From contig CAWGKI010000019.1 in assembly GCA_963823095.1 (NCBI GenBank), positions 309,705 through 333,704 on the forward strand: DNA of 24,000 nt, in the 5' to 3' direction. This DNA comes from Terriglobia bacterium. GTDB taxonomy: Bacteria > Acidobacteriota > Terriglobia > Bryobacterales > Bryobacteraceae. The position numbers and the translations under genes are program-made. Shown in pieces: positions 10,797 to 19,188 of the stretch; positions within the stretch are counted from its first letter, which is position 1; every line of letters begins with the position of its first letter. The notes under the pieces are model-generated. The model was not told the DNA's origin, searched no databases, and was given only the letters and a program-made list of their open reading frames with translations.

Positions 10797-10991
10797 ATCG
10801 GCTGGGACGGAGCGCTCTACGATTGCGACTTCAACCAGATGCTGGGCCTCGAAACGAACCACGGCGCGCCCGCCCACATCCGCGACTTTTTCGTGGAGAT
10901 GCTCAACCGGCGGCAGATTGTCACCGGTCAGCATTGCTATGCTTGCACCGCCGGCGGCGGGTCGAGTTGCACGGGCGCGAGCGTCAAGTAG
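10797..10991 (+). pseudogene. Duplicated 3' fragment of arsS (64 codons plus stop), copy 2
   Basis: IGWDGALYDCDFNQMLGLETNHGAPAHIRDFFVEMLNRRQIVTGQHCYACTAGGGSSCTGASVK* differs from the intact gene at 3 of 64 residues. Confidence 0.92.
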
Positions 10992-11002
10992 TCAGCCGGC
11001 CG

Positions 11003-11542
11003 TTACTGGATCTTGGCCAGTTCCTGCTCGATCACACGCTTCATCTGCTCGAATTCCGCCGCTTCGTACCCGGAGGATTGGAATGCAATCCTGCCGTCGG
11101 CCCCGACCACGTAACTGCGCGGAATGCCGGCATTCGCAAACCGTTTGTAGATGGCGCGGTGCGGATCTGCGGCCAGCGGATAAGTAACGCGAAGCTTCGG
11201 CAACTCCTTGAGGATCACACCCTGCGTCTGTTCTCGCGCAATACCGACCATGGCGAACTTGCGGGACTTGAATCGGAGCCAGACTTCCTTCTCCAACTGC
11301 GGCATCTCCCCGCGGCACGGCCCACACCACGTCGCCCAGAAGTTCACCAGCAGGACTTTCCCCTTGAGGTTCTGTACATCGAACTTCTCACCCTTGATGC
11401 TGGACACCGTGAACGCAGGCATAGCTTGGCCAACCTTGGTGTACGTCTCCCACTTCACATCGGCAGGTGCAGCGTCCTGACCGCTGGCGAAGAACTGAGC
11501 CGTCAGTACCGCAATTGGCAACCAGCGGATCGATCTCATCAT
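11003..11542 (-). CDS. TlpA/ResA-like thioredoxin family protein, secreted
   Basis: MMRSIRWLPIAVLTAQFFASGQDA signal peptide, then GQAMPAFTVSSIKGEKFDVQNLKGKVLLVNFWATWCGPCRGEMPQLEKE. The track start at 11737 is probably too far upstream. Confidence 0.88.
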   Translation of the reverse strand: MMRSIRWLPIAVLTAQFFASGQDAAPADVKWETYTKVGQAMPAFTVSSIKGEKFDVQNLKGKVLLVNFWATWCGPCRGEMPQLEKEVWLRFKSRKFAMVGIAREQTQGVILKELPKLRVTYPLAADPHRAIYKRFANAGIPRSYVVGADGRIAFQSSGYEAAEFEQMKRVIEQELAKIQ

Positions 11543-11803
11543 GTCGTCTTGCCCTTCGTCTGAATCGTACCGCACGAGCGGAGAAGAGGAGTTGCGCGTG
11601 CCCACTTTGGAGGGGTGTGCGACATAGAAGTGGACGCTAGCGTAATTCGCTGGCAAGGTGGCCGCAAGCCGGGCGTATGAGCAGGCCAGGCGGAAGGCGC
11701 GGTTGGGGCAGCTTGGTAAGCTGCGGCCGATTGGCAATCGGCCCTGGAGATTCTACATTTAAGCACGGCTGCATCAGGCCAAGATAGAAGAGGCGTGAGC
11801 GCG

Positions 11804-11955
11804 TTGTATCAGGGCATGGCTTCAGCCGTGCCGTAAGAACGCGCTCAGTCCAGGGCTTTAGCCGCCGCTGCTTTCCGGCTGCGCCGTTCACAGGGGCTAA
11901 AGCCCAATTCCTTTCCGCAACGGTTCGGCACGGCTAAAGCCATGCCCTGATACAA
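11804..11955. repeat. MITE-like or palindromic intergenic element, 152 bp with 29-bp terminal inverted repeats
   Basis: TTGTATCAGGGCATGGCTTCAGCCGTGCC at the left and the reverse complement of GGCACGGCTAAAGCCATGCCCTGATACAA at the right have one mismatch in 29. Confidence 0.88.
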
Positions 11956-12126
11956 AGCCGGCCATGCCCAAATGCACCACCAGATGTAGAAACTGCAGGG
12001 CCGATTGTCAATCGGCCCACTTGCACTTTGGCGCGAGACGGCGGCGTTGACACGTTCCGCCGGTTTGTTATGCTACCGGCAGGGGTCAGGATTCCTGACT
12101 TCCGGATTTAGTGAACATTCGGCATT

Positions 12127-12273
12127 ATGAACTCGACTACCAGAATTCAGCACAAGGGCCAGGTGACCATTCCCACTCGCGTCCGCGAACTCGCCGGGTT
12201 GTCGAAGGGCGACCTGGTGGAGTTTTCTTTTCAACGCGGCAAGATCGTCATCACGCCGAAGCTGATTGATTGA
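12127..12273 (+). CDS. AbrB/SpoVT/MazE-type antitoxin-like protein, 48 aa
   Basis: Translation is MNSTTRIQHKGQVTIPTRVRELAGLSKGDLVEFSFQRGKIVITPKLID*. The ORF is missing from the supplied track. Confidence 0.85.
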   Translation: MNSTTRIQHKGQVTIPTRVRELAGLSKGDLVEFSFQRGKIVITPKLID

Positions 12274-12475
12274 CCGTTCGAAGTTTCCGAACGCCGGCAA
12301 CGAGTACACGCCGGAGCAGCGCCGCGTGATCGACGGCCGCCTGGCTTTGGCCGACGCCGACATCAAGGCGGGCCGCGTATCCAAAACCTTCTCGAACGCC
12401 GGCGATTTCATCGCCGATTTGCAGAAAGCAGTCAAGAAGAACCGCAAGGCCGCAAGTAAACGCGCCGCCAAATGA
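12266..12475 (+). CDS. Small antitoxin-like protein, 69 aa
   Basis: MIDRSKFPNAGNEYTPEQRRVIDGRLALADADIKAGRVSKTFSNAGDFIADLQKAVKKNRKAASKRAAK overlaps the AbrB-like gene upstream and shares an ATGA overlap with the toxin-like ORF downstream. Confidence 0.65.
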   Translation: MIDRSKFPNAGNEYTPEQRRVIDGRLALADADIKAGRVSKTFSNAGDFIADLQKAVKKNRKAASKRAAK

Positions 12476-12717
12476 ACATTCGCCGAACCACTCACTTCGA
12501 TCGCGCCTACGGCAAAGCGCCTGAGGATATCCAGGCCGCATTTAACAAACAACTGGTACTCCTGCTTCAGAACCTCCGCCATCCCTCGCTCCACGCCAAG
12601 AAATACGACGAAGGTCAAGACCGCTGGTAGGCTCGTGTCACTCGCGACTGGCGATTCTATTTTCGAATCGAAGATGACACGTACATCCTGCTCGACATCA
12701 TCCCTCGCCCCAAGTAG
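12472..12717 (+). pseudogene. RelE/ParE-like toxin interrupted by an in-frame TAG at 12631-12633
   Basis: MNIRRTTHFDRAYGKAPEDIQAAFNKQLVLLLQNLRHPSLHAKKYDEGQDRW*ARVTRDWRFYFRIEDDTYILLDIIPRPK*. The characteristic RW-ARV-WRFYF-DD-IL core spans the stop. Confidence 0.82.
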
Positions 12718-12811
12718 TAGTCATTCAATCCTGCATCGACTCGCTCAGCCCACCAAGTATCTTTCGAACGAGGTGGCTGGCAATAACTGACGCTCCCCCT
12801 CCGTCCTGTTC

Positions 12812-13129
12812 GCGATCGGCCGCTTCCGCGATTTCCGGGATGCCAGCGGAAAATGCGAAGCGTACATGCAGCGGCTGGTGCAGGCGTACAACCCCGTGGC
12901 GGCGGCGGGGGTGATGTGCCGCTATACGCGGCCCATCGGCTGGGATGGAACGCTTTTCGACTGCGACTTCAACCAGATGCTGGGCCTATCGACCAACCAC
13001 GGCGCACCCACGCACATCCGCGACTTTTCCGTGGAAATGCTCAACCGGCGGCAGATCGTCACCGGCCAGCACTGCTACGCGTGTACGGCGGGCGGTGGCT
13101 CGAGTTGCACGGGCGCGAGCGTCAAGTGA
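12812..13129 (+). pseudogene. Duplicated 3' fragment of arsS, copy 3 (318 bp)
   Basis: IGRFRDFRDASGKCEAYMQRLVQAYNPVAAAGVMCRYTRPIGWDGTLFDCDFNQMLGLSTNHGAPTHIRDFSVEMLNRRQIVTGQHCYACTAGGGSSCTGASVK* is colinear with 9665-9982 of the intact gene. Confidence 0.93.
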
Positions 13130-13333
13130 TCTGTCCCCGGAATTACCCTTTTGCCGGATTTGCTGTGCCTGAATGCGAAAGGCTTGATTATACCGAAGAT
13201 GGAGCATAACATGCATAGCGAGTAAACAGGCTCTCCACATAATTGCGAACTATACAGAAGACGCAAACTTGTGCGAGCCTTTTGCGTGGTTTTGGAAAAC
13301 GTTCGTGAAACTGGATCATCATGTGGAGGATGA

Positions 13334-13750
13334 ATGAAGTTACTTACTTGGTTCGGAACTAACGTAACATTACGATATGCTTTGCTGATGGTGTTGGCCG
13401 CCTCGGTCGGTCCGGGGGTCGTAGCCGCATATTCGCAATGCAGCGGGTGTGACTGCATGAAATCGTGCGGCGATGGAGCAACGAGCAGCTCGGGAACGCG
13501 CTGTAGTACGTGCAACGTGAATGGCTCTGGATCGACGCCGTGTTATTGGCGGAATTGCACCAACACGAAGACGTGTTGGACATGGAGCGCGGATTTGTCC
13601 ATTTGCATTCCGACATCACACTGCGGCCCCGTAAACCCTCCTCAGGGATCCTGTACTGACCACTACTCGGATGCGTGCATCCAAAGTGGCAGCAATTGCG
13701 CCTGTGACCATATGAGCTGCGACGATCCTTTGTGCGGGTCGAAAACGTGA
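13334..13750 (+). CDS. Secreted cysteine-rich protein, 138 aa
   Basis: A signal-like N-terminus (TLRYALLMVLAASVGPGVVAAYS) precedes a mature region with 17 cysteines (CSGCDCMKSC...CSTC...CYWRNC...CACDHMSC). Confidence 0.75.
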   Translation: MKLLTWFGTNVTLRYALLMVLAASVGPGVVAAYSQCSGCDCMKSCGDGATSSSGTRCSTCNVNGSGSTPCYWRNCTNTKTCWTWSADLSICIPTSHCGPVNPPQGSCTDHYSDACIQSGSNCACDHMSCDDPLCGSKT

Positions 13751-13773
13751 GACAAGCAACAAAGAGGTGGATC

Positions 13774-14598
13774 ATGAAGTACAGAATTCTGCTACTTGTA
13801 GGCATCGTCGCTTTATCGACGTTCGCGTCGTTCGGCGTTCGGTCCTGGTTTCGAGGGCAAGCGGTAAGGGCCAATGAAAAGCGTGTGGCCGACACTGTTG
13901 CAGCTCTTCCGCCAATTGTGCCAGCCACCGTAACATTTAAAGAGATCCTCAGCGCCCCGGGTAAATCCGATATCCTCTCCACAGAACGCCAGTATGCTGT
14001 TCGTGTGGATGGATCTGAGGTGTGGACCGACCGGCAACATACCAATGCAGGCGACATATACCTCACTCACTGGCACATGCGTTTAAGTGATGGGACGGAC
14101 GCAGAGGGCGACGATGTGACAAAAACGATGACGGCGGTGAGGGTGCCGTCATCCAGATCGGATAGGGTGCTAGAGAGATGGGATCCTAATTCGGGATGTA
14201 CCACCCAGGCGAGCGGTTTCAACAAGACTCCTGCGCCAGTGGCTGAGGAGACACTCTTGGGCATCAACACGATGAAGATTGCATTGAGCGATTCGAAAAC
14301 TGCGCGTATCACTGTGTGGCGAGCACCCGGCTTGAACTGTCTCGAACTGCGCCGTTTAGCGGAGTTTATGAACTCGGACGGTTCCGTGAAGGATGCCAGC
14401 GATCTAGTCGCCACCGAAGTACTGCTTGGTGAGCCAAACGGTTCGCTGTTCCTTCTTCCGACAGGGGAAGAAAACGTTAGCTATTCAGAACGTTACAGGC
14501 GCCTTGCTGCCGCCCAAGGTGGTCAACCCAACGAGAGTGATCTACAATCTCTTCAACGTAGCGACAAGGTATTCTCGAGATATGCGCTCAACCCCTAA
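13774..14598 (+). CDS. Hypothetical membrane-anchored extracytoplasmic protein, about 274 aa, downstream partner of the cysteine-rich protein
   Basis: MKYRILLLVGIVALSTFASFGVRSWF is an N-terminal TM or signal segment followed by a soluble domain. It lies 23 bp after the previous ORF on the same strand. Confidence 0.72.
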   Translation: MKYRILLLVGIVALSTFASFGVRSWFRGQAVRANEKRVADTVAALPPIVPATVTFKEILSAPGKSDILSTERQYAVRVDGSEVWTDRQHTNAGDIYLTHWHMRLSDGTDAEGDDVTKTMTAVRVPSSRSDRVLERWDPNSGCTTQASGFNKTPAPVAEETLLGINTMKIALSDSKTARITVWRAPGLNCLELRRLAEFMNSDGSVKDASDLVATEVLLGEPNGSLFLLPTGEENVSYSERYRRLAAAQGGQPNESDLQSLQRSDKVFSRYALNP

Positions 14599-14636
14599 GA
14601 AACGTGGCTGAGCCGCGCGCAATAGAGACCGCGACA

Positions 14637-14678
14637 GGCCGAAGGAGGGGACTGTGCAAGTTCTCCCCTCTCTCGGCC
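14637..14678 (+). terminator. Possible transcription terminator hairpin downstream of the 13334-14598 gene pair
   Basis: GGCCGAAGGAGGGGAC can form an imperfect stem with GTTCTCCCCTCTCTCGGCC. There is no clear U-tract. Confidence 0.3.
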
Positions 14679-15099
14679 GAAAGCACGGGGCTCACCACGT
14701 TGTGCGGACCATTGGCTCCGTTCTAATCCGGGGACGCAAACACCGTTCGGCCACCTGGCGCAATCAAGCACCAAAGAACTCCAGACGACCACAGCCCGAC
14801 GACAGGTTTCCAACGCGGCGAGTCATGCACTTGGCGCCACGCGGCGCGCTTGCGCCTGGGTCTATACCCTTGGCGGCGAAGAGAAATCGGCTGATTCGCG
14901 AAGCAAAACCGCAAGGCCTTACTGAAATTCCACTGTATCTTACAGATTCTAAAGAGGCGTTTCGGTAAGCCTTACGGTTTTGCAGTCGCGCTCGACGCAG
15001 TTTTCCTGTCCCGAAGCATGCGAAACACATAGCCGGAGCGGATGCCATGCCGCTCATGGAGGATACACTAATCCGGGTAAATCCGAGAATCCGCGGATA

Positions 15100-15435
15100 G
15101 GATAGGCGATTCGCTCAAATGCCTTCGTGATTTCCCCGAAGATGCCCGGCACGATGCGGGTTATCAACTGGACACAAGTACAGACAAAGTACGAGCGGGG
15201 AACAGCCGGATGATTTCAAGTCCTATGCCGGCCATCGGCAAGGGTGTCGAGGAGATTCGCGTTTCGGATGACAGCGGCGCTTATCGTGTGATCTACGTCG
15301 CCAAACGCGCGGATGCCGTGTACGTGCTGCACGCTTTCCAGAAGAAGACGCAGGCAACTCCGAAGCCGCATCTACGAAAGGACTATCGATGCGGCGAAAA
15401 GACGATTTGCGCAACTGCTGAGAGGTGCGAAATGA
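15100..15435 (+). pseudogene. Degenerate HigB/Gp49-like toxin gene with several indels
   Basis: The fragments GDSLKCLRDFPEDARHDAGYQLD, GEQPDDFKS, MPAIGKGVEEIRVSDDSGAYRVIYVAKRADAVYVLHAFQKKTQATPK and RIYERTIDAAKRRFAQLLRGAK* lie in shifted frames. The original end overlaps the downstream ATG as ATGA. The start is not resolved. Confidence 0.8.
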
Positions 15436-15713
15436 GCAAACCCGAGAGCTATTTGAGTGTTTGGGATGCGATCGCGGACACGCCCGAGCAGGCTGCGAAC
15501 CTGAGGGCGCGCGCCGAACTGATGCAGAAGATCACGGCCATCGTAAAGCAGCAGGATTGGACCCAGGCCGAGGCCGCGAGCCGCTGCGGGGTGACGCAGC
15601 CACGGATCAACGATTTGCTGCGCGGCCGGGTCTCGCGCTTCTCGCTTGACGCGTTGGTAAACATCGCCACGGCGCTGGGGTGCCGCGTGCGGGTAGATCT
15701 TGAAGCTGCCTGA
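15432..15713 (+). CDS. HigA-like helix-turn-helix (XRE) antitoxin, 93 aa
   Basis: MSKPESYLSVWDAIADTPEQAANLRARAELMQKITAIVKQQDWTQAEAASRCGVTQPRINDLLRGRVSRFSLDALVNIATALGCRVRVDLEAA. Confidence 0.9.
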   Translation: MSKPESYLSVWDAIADTPEQAANLRARAELMQKITAIVKQQDWTQAEAASRCGVTQPRINDLLRGRVSRFSLDALVNIATALGCRVRVDLEAA

Positions 15714-15902
15714 GCGGCCGCCGGGCCGGGATCGCGAGACGCACCAGCTTTGGCGGAGAGTAAAGGGCAGGACTCCCTCCTCGCGCTGGGTGACTTTCTT
15801 CTTGACCCAACGACTCAGCCTTCGGTGACAGTTTACGATCCTGGGGCAGTATGCTCAAATCCCAAGCCCGACGTGATCGGTCTCACGCGCCGATTCAGAG
15901 GC

Positions 15903-16010
15903 CTACCGCTCGATATGCCGCTTGACGGCATCTGTGAACTGCCGGGTTGTCGCAGAGCCGCCGAGATCGCACGTCAGCACGTCGCCCTGCCTGAACGCCA
16001 CCATGACGGC
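15903..16010 (-). pseudogene. Duplicated 3' fragment of icd
   Basis: AVMVAFRQGDVLTCDLGGSATTRQFTDAVKRHIER* matches the icd C-terminus AIMAAFRQGDVLTRDLGGRATTRQFTDAVKRHIES* at 30 of 35 residues. Confidence 0.9.
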
Positions 16011-16068
16011 CTTGGGCGTGACATCCAAGCACCGTGCGCTACAAGTGTCGTGAGCTACCAGCATTTGG

Positions 16069-16422
16069 ATGGATAATGGGCCTGTGATGACCAAGCAGGA
16101 GACTATTGCCGAGATCACTCGCCGGCTCGTCGAATTCTACCGGCCGGCATGTATCTACCTTTTCGGCTCGGAGGCGAGAGGCGAGTCCGGGCCCGACAGC
16201 GATCTGGATTTCTGTGTTGTCCTGCCCGACGATGCGCCGGCGAGCTTATACCGCGACCGGAGTATCCACCGGCGCTTTTGGGGCTTGGGTGTGGCTGTGG
16301 ATATCGTTCGTTTGCCCCGCAACGACTTTGAAGCGCGCGCCGCGCATGTTGTCGCTTCACTGCCGGCAACCATTCTGCGCGAAGGGAGGCTGCTCTATGA
16401 CGCCGGACGAATTGCTGCGTAA
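16069..16422 (+). CDS. Minimal nucleotidyltransferase (MNT domain; MntA-like antitoxin candidate)
   Basis: ACIYLFGSEARGESGPDSDLDFCVV contains the GSx(9-10)DxD motif of the Pol-beta NTase superfamily. The start may instead be the ATG at 16087. Confidence 0.85.
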   Translation: MDNGPVMTKQETIAEITRRLVEFYRPACIYLFGSEARGESGPDSDLDFCVVLPDDAPASLYRDRSIHRRFWGLGVAVDIVRLPRNDFEARAAHVVASLPATILREGRLLYDAGRIAA

Positions 16423-16801
16423 AGAGGCGGCAAAGTGGCTCCGCGAGGCGGAAAAAGACCGCAACGCCGCGCGAGTCCTGGCGGACGTCGAGCCGTCGCG
16501 CTCAGTCTTTCACAGCCAGCAGGCTGCGGAAAAGGCCATCAAAGCGTTTCTCACGTTTCGCCAGATTGCCTTCCGGAAGACGCATGACCTCTCCGACCTG
16601 GGAGCGCAATGTGCGGCGTTGGACCCGACTCTCGAATCAACGCTGCGGGATGCCGAGGAACTGACCGACTATGCGTCGGCTTTCCGGTATCCGGATTCGC
16701 CATATGAACCCGATGCCGCGGAAGCGGCCCAGGCGTTGACGCTGGCTGCCCGGCTCGGCGAGGAAATACAGCAACGAATCGCCGCAAACGGGACCTTTTG
16801 A
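16397..16801 (+). CDS. HEPN domain protein, toxin candidate partner of the MNT protein
   Basis: MTPDELLRKEAAKWLREAEKDRNAARVL...FHSQQAAEKAIKAFLTFRQIAFRKTHDLSDL...ELTDYASAFRYPDSPYEPDAAEAAQAL is a typical HEPN protein and overlaps the MNT gene. Confidence 0.87.
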   Translation: MTPDELLRKEAAKWLREAEKDRNAARVLADVEPSRSVFHSQQAAEKAIKAFLTFRQIAFRKTHDLSDLGAQCAALDPTLESTLRDAEELTDYASAFRYPDSPYEPDAAEAAQALTLAARLGEEIQQRIAANGTF

Positions 16802-16935
16802 TGTATCTGGAGGCAGCATGCTTAATCCCCAAGCCCCACGCTGATCAGGTTGCCCAGAGCATGTAGCGCAAAATGCACAGAGGGGCAAAAGGGCAAAGGT
16901 CTTAATTCCCGGGAACGTATGTGTTGCCCTAAAAC

Positions 16936-17289
16936 TTGGTAGAGCTACTCGAATACGTGAATGCCGCTGGGATTTCTCCCTCTGCGATGTGGCGCGAGAA
17001 ACTCGATGCGACAACCCGGGCGCGGGTCACGGTCGCAGTTCTCAGGCTGGAGACCGGCAAGTTCTCAACTGTCTAAGGCGCTGGGTCCTGCATTCTCGAA
17101 ATGCGCCTGGATTTCGGCCCCGGCTATCGTGTGTATTTCGGCAAAGACGGAGAGCAGTTGACGATCCTGCTTGGCGGCGGCACGAAGAAGCGGCAAGAGT
17201 CCGATATCAAAGCGGCGCAAACGCTCTGGCATGAATCCAAGCGGACGAAAGGGGGGCGGGGGAACGATGGCAAACACGCGGAGATTTAG
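16936..17289 (+). pseudogene. RelE/ParE-family (phage-derived Gp49/HigB-like) toxin with an internal TAA at 17074-17076
   Basis: [103 protein letters not shown] compensating pair of indels around the stop would restore [18 protein letters not shown]. Confidence 0.82.
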
Positions 17290-17599
17290 CGAGACGGTTA
17301 AGGCGGACCTCGAAAGGAATGTGGAGTTTCGCCGTGCACTCCTGAGCGAAGCTGTAGCTTGCATGGTCTCGGGAGATTTGGAGACGGGGAAAGTCGTTCT
17401 GCGCGAGTACGTCAACGGGACGGTTGGATTCCTCAAACTCGGGTCGGATCTTGGCCGGTCCCCGAAGAGCCTGATGCGGATGCTCAGTCCGGCAGGGAAC
17501 CCGCAAGCGCGGAATCTATTTGAGATGGTCGCCTATCTGCAGAAGATTGAAGGCACCGTGCTCGAAGTCCGCCCAAGCAACAACAAAGTCGCGGCGTGA
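17267..17599 (+). CDS. Antitoxin/HTH transcriptional regulator partner of the RelE-like gene
   Basis: [96 protein letters not shown] resembles addiction-module antidote proteins. Confidence 0.82.
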   Translation: MANTRRFSETVKADLERNVEFRRALLSEAVACMVSGDLETGKVVLREYVNGTVGFLKLGSDLGRSPKSLMRMLSPAGNPQARNLFEMVAYLQKIEGTVLEVRPSNNKVAA

Positions 17600-17772
17600 C
17601 CCGCCGGGTTCTCGTTTGAACCGAGCAAGATCTCAAGGGCAGCGACGTCTGACCCGCGCTCAAGTGTCTGAACTGCCCCAAGTAGCAGCCGTCGGGCTTT
17701 CCAGGCTTGGTTCGATTCGTCGGACCGGGTTTGGCCCCCGAGGATGAGACCCCGGCCGATTGCCTACGCTGG

Positions 17773-18135
17773 TTAAATCGGCAGTAACCGAATTCTGTTC
17801 CGGTTCAGGTCTACGGTGACCAATGCGCCGGTTTCCAGGTGGGAGCGGCTGGCGTGCAACGCGCGAACGACAATCTCGCCGATCGCCGATGGAAGAACGT
17901 CCTGGGTACGGACTTGGATCACGCTCGGCCGGCGCAACTTCCGAGTTGCGAGGAGCGCGCCAAAATCCAGATCGTGAGTGAAGATCACCAGCCCGTTTGC
18001 ACTGGCGTAGTCCAGTATTTCGGTGTCTGGCGCGGATGGCTGACCGATCTCAGACCAGTGCGTACTGTCGAAACCGGCATCGGCCAGGAACTGGACCCAA
18101 AGCGGGCTCAAATTCATGTCGATCAGGAGTTTCAT
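17773..18135 (-). CDS. DUF5615 PIN-like protein, toxin candidate
   Basis: MKLLIDMNLSPLWVQFLADAGFDSTHWSEIGQPSAPDTEILDYASANGLVIFTHDLDFG. Confidence 0.88.
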   Translation of the reverse strand: MKLLIDMNLSPLWVQFLADAGFDSTHWSEIGQPSAPDTEILDYASANGLVIFTHDLDFGALLATRKLRRPSVIQVRTQDVLPSAIGEIVVRALHASRSHLETGALVTVDLNRNRIRLLPI

Positions 18136-18359
18136 GCCGCAGGTAGGGGGACTTCAAACTCCTCGACTCGCCAGGCGGCGTAGGCAAGCGCCTGTCGAAT
18201 GTCCTCTTCTTCAAGGTAAGGGTATGCGGCGAGAATCTCAGAGTTGGATCGCCCCGAGGCGACGAGCCCGACAATCGTCCCCACCGTGACACGCATTCCG
18301 CGCACGCAGGGCTTGCCGCCCATCACTTCCGGGTTTCGCGTGATTCGATCAAGCACCAT
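18132..18359 (-). CDS. DUF433 domain protein, antitoxin candidate
   Basis: MVLDRITRNPEVMGGKPCVRGMRVTVGTIVGLVASGRSNSEILAAYPYLEEEDIRQALAYAAWRVEE overlaps the DUF5615 gene. Confidence 0.92.
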   Translation of the reverse strand: MVLDRITRNPEVMGGKPCVRGMRVTVGTIVGLVASGRSNSEILAAYPYLEEEDIRQALAYAAWRVEEFEVPLPAA

Positions 18360-18509
18360 GGCAAGTACAGCTAATTCTACCTCGTGGCGATTGATACCGG
18401 GTGCCTCACCCGCCCTTAAGCAATTACATCCCCACGCGGCGCCCGGTCAACAAGGACGTGGGTTCTCATCGTGAACGACAACACCCCCTCGATCCGCGGG
18501 CAACCAGCA

Positions 18510-19188
18510 TTATCGAAGCAGCCTCAATCCCACTACGAACAGCACACAAACGGCCCAGCCAGAAATCAGCGCAACTAGCCCCCAGGCACGCTTCCTCGGC
18601 AGCCGCCACCACATGTAGTAGCTACCGAAAATCATGACCAGCAGACCAGCCGCGACTGCATCCATCGACAGCGCCCAAATGCTGGTCAGAATCCAGTCCC
18701 GCTGGTTCCGGGAATCGCCGGCCCGGACGCCGGTGAACGTGTGCAGGATGCGCATCACGCCCCAAGCGTTTACGTCGATGCGCTGCACCTTGACTCGCTC
18801 TTGAACCAGGTCCGTTTTGATTTCAAACATGTGGCCCGGACGGCTCGCCCGGAAATTGAGTTGGCCAGAATCGTCCTGCGCCGACGTCCACTCGATCTCG
18901 CCCGCGATACCGAGCTGCGCCAGGATGTTCTGCGCGCGAGCGAGGTCGGAGCCCGCAGGCGGACGGCTGATTTTGCTGTTCGAAGGTCGTTTGCTTTCGT
19001 GCCGGCCAGAAGTCGGCAAAGGTCCACTTCGGGTGATTCAGCAGAAGGCCCGTGAAGGCGAACAGCCAGATGAAGAAGAGCAGGAAGAGGCCGATGTAGA
19101 AATGCAGCCTGCGATTCCATGTTTCAAAGCCCTCCGCGGCTCGCGCAGGCAGAGGCTTCTCCGGGAGGTTGTTAACCGGCGATTGCAT
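18510..19188 (-). CDS. PepSY-associated membrane protein, with an apparent frameshift near 18960-18975
   Basis: MQSPVNNLPEKPLPARAAEGFETWNRRLHFYIGLFLLFFIWLFAFTGLLLNHPKWTFADFWP is in one frame. PPAGSDLARAQNILAQLGIAGEIEWTS...VNAWGVMRILHTFTGV...VFGSYYMWWRLP continues in another. Confidence 0.75.

Noticed and set aside
12073-12618. 181-aa minus-strand ORF
   Set aside because: It is antisense to the AbrB-like, small antitoxin-like and RelE-like genes, which have recognisable sequence.
12631-12633. Programmed recoding (pyrrolysine-like TAG readthrough) in the RelE-like gene
   Set aside because: A simple CAG-to-TAG nonsense mutation explains it. No pyrrolysine machinery is seen and the window has other lesions.
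14908-14985. Imperfect inverted repeat CAAAACCGCAAGGCCTTACTG / CGGTAAGCCTTACGGTTTTG
   Set aside because: It is suggestive of a short hairpin but has mismatches and gaps and no associated gene or second copy in the window.
15210-15431. HigB-HigA fusion protein suggested by the 167-aa ORF 15210..15713
   Set aside because: The upstream part reads a toxin fragment that then shifts out of frame. The true antitoxin start at 15432 overlaps the original toxin stop as ATGA, so the fusion is an artefact of indels.
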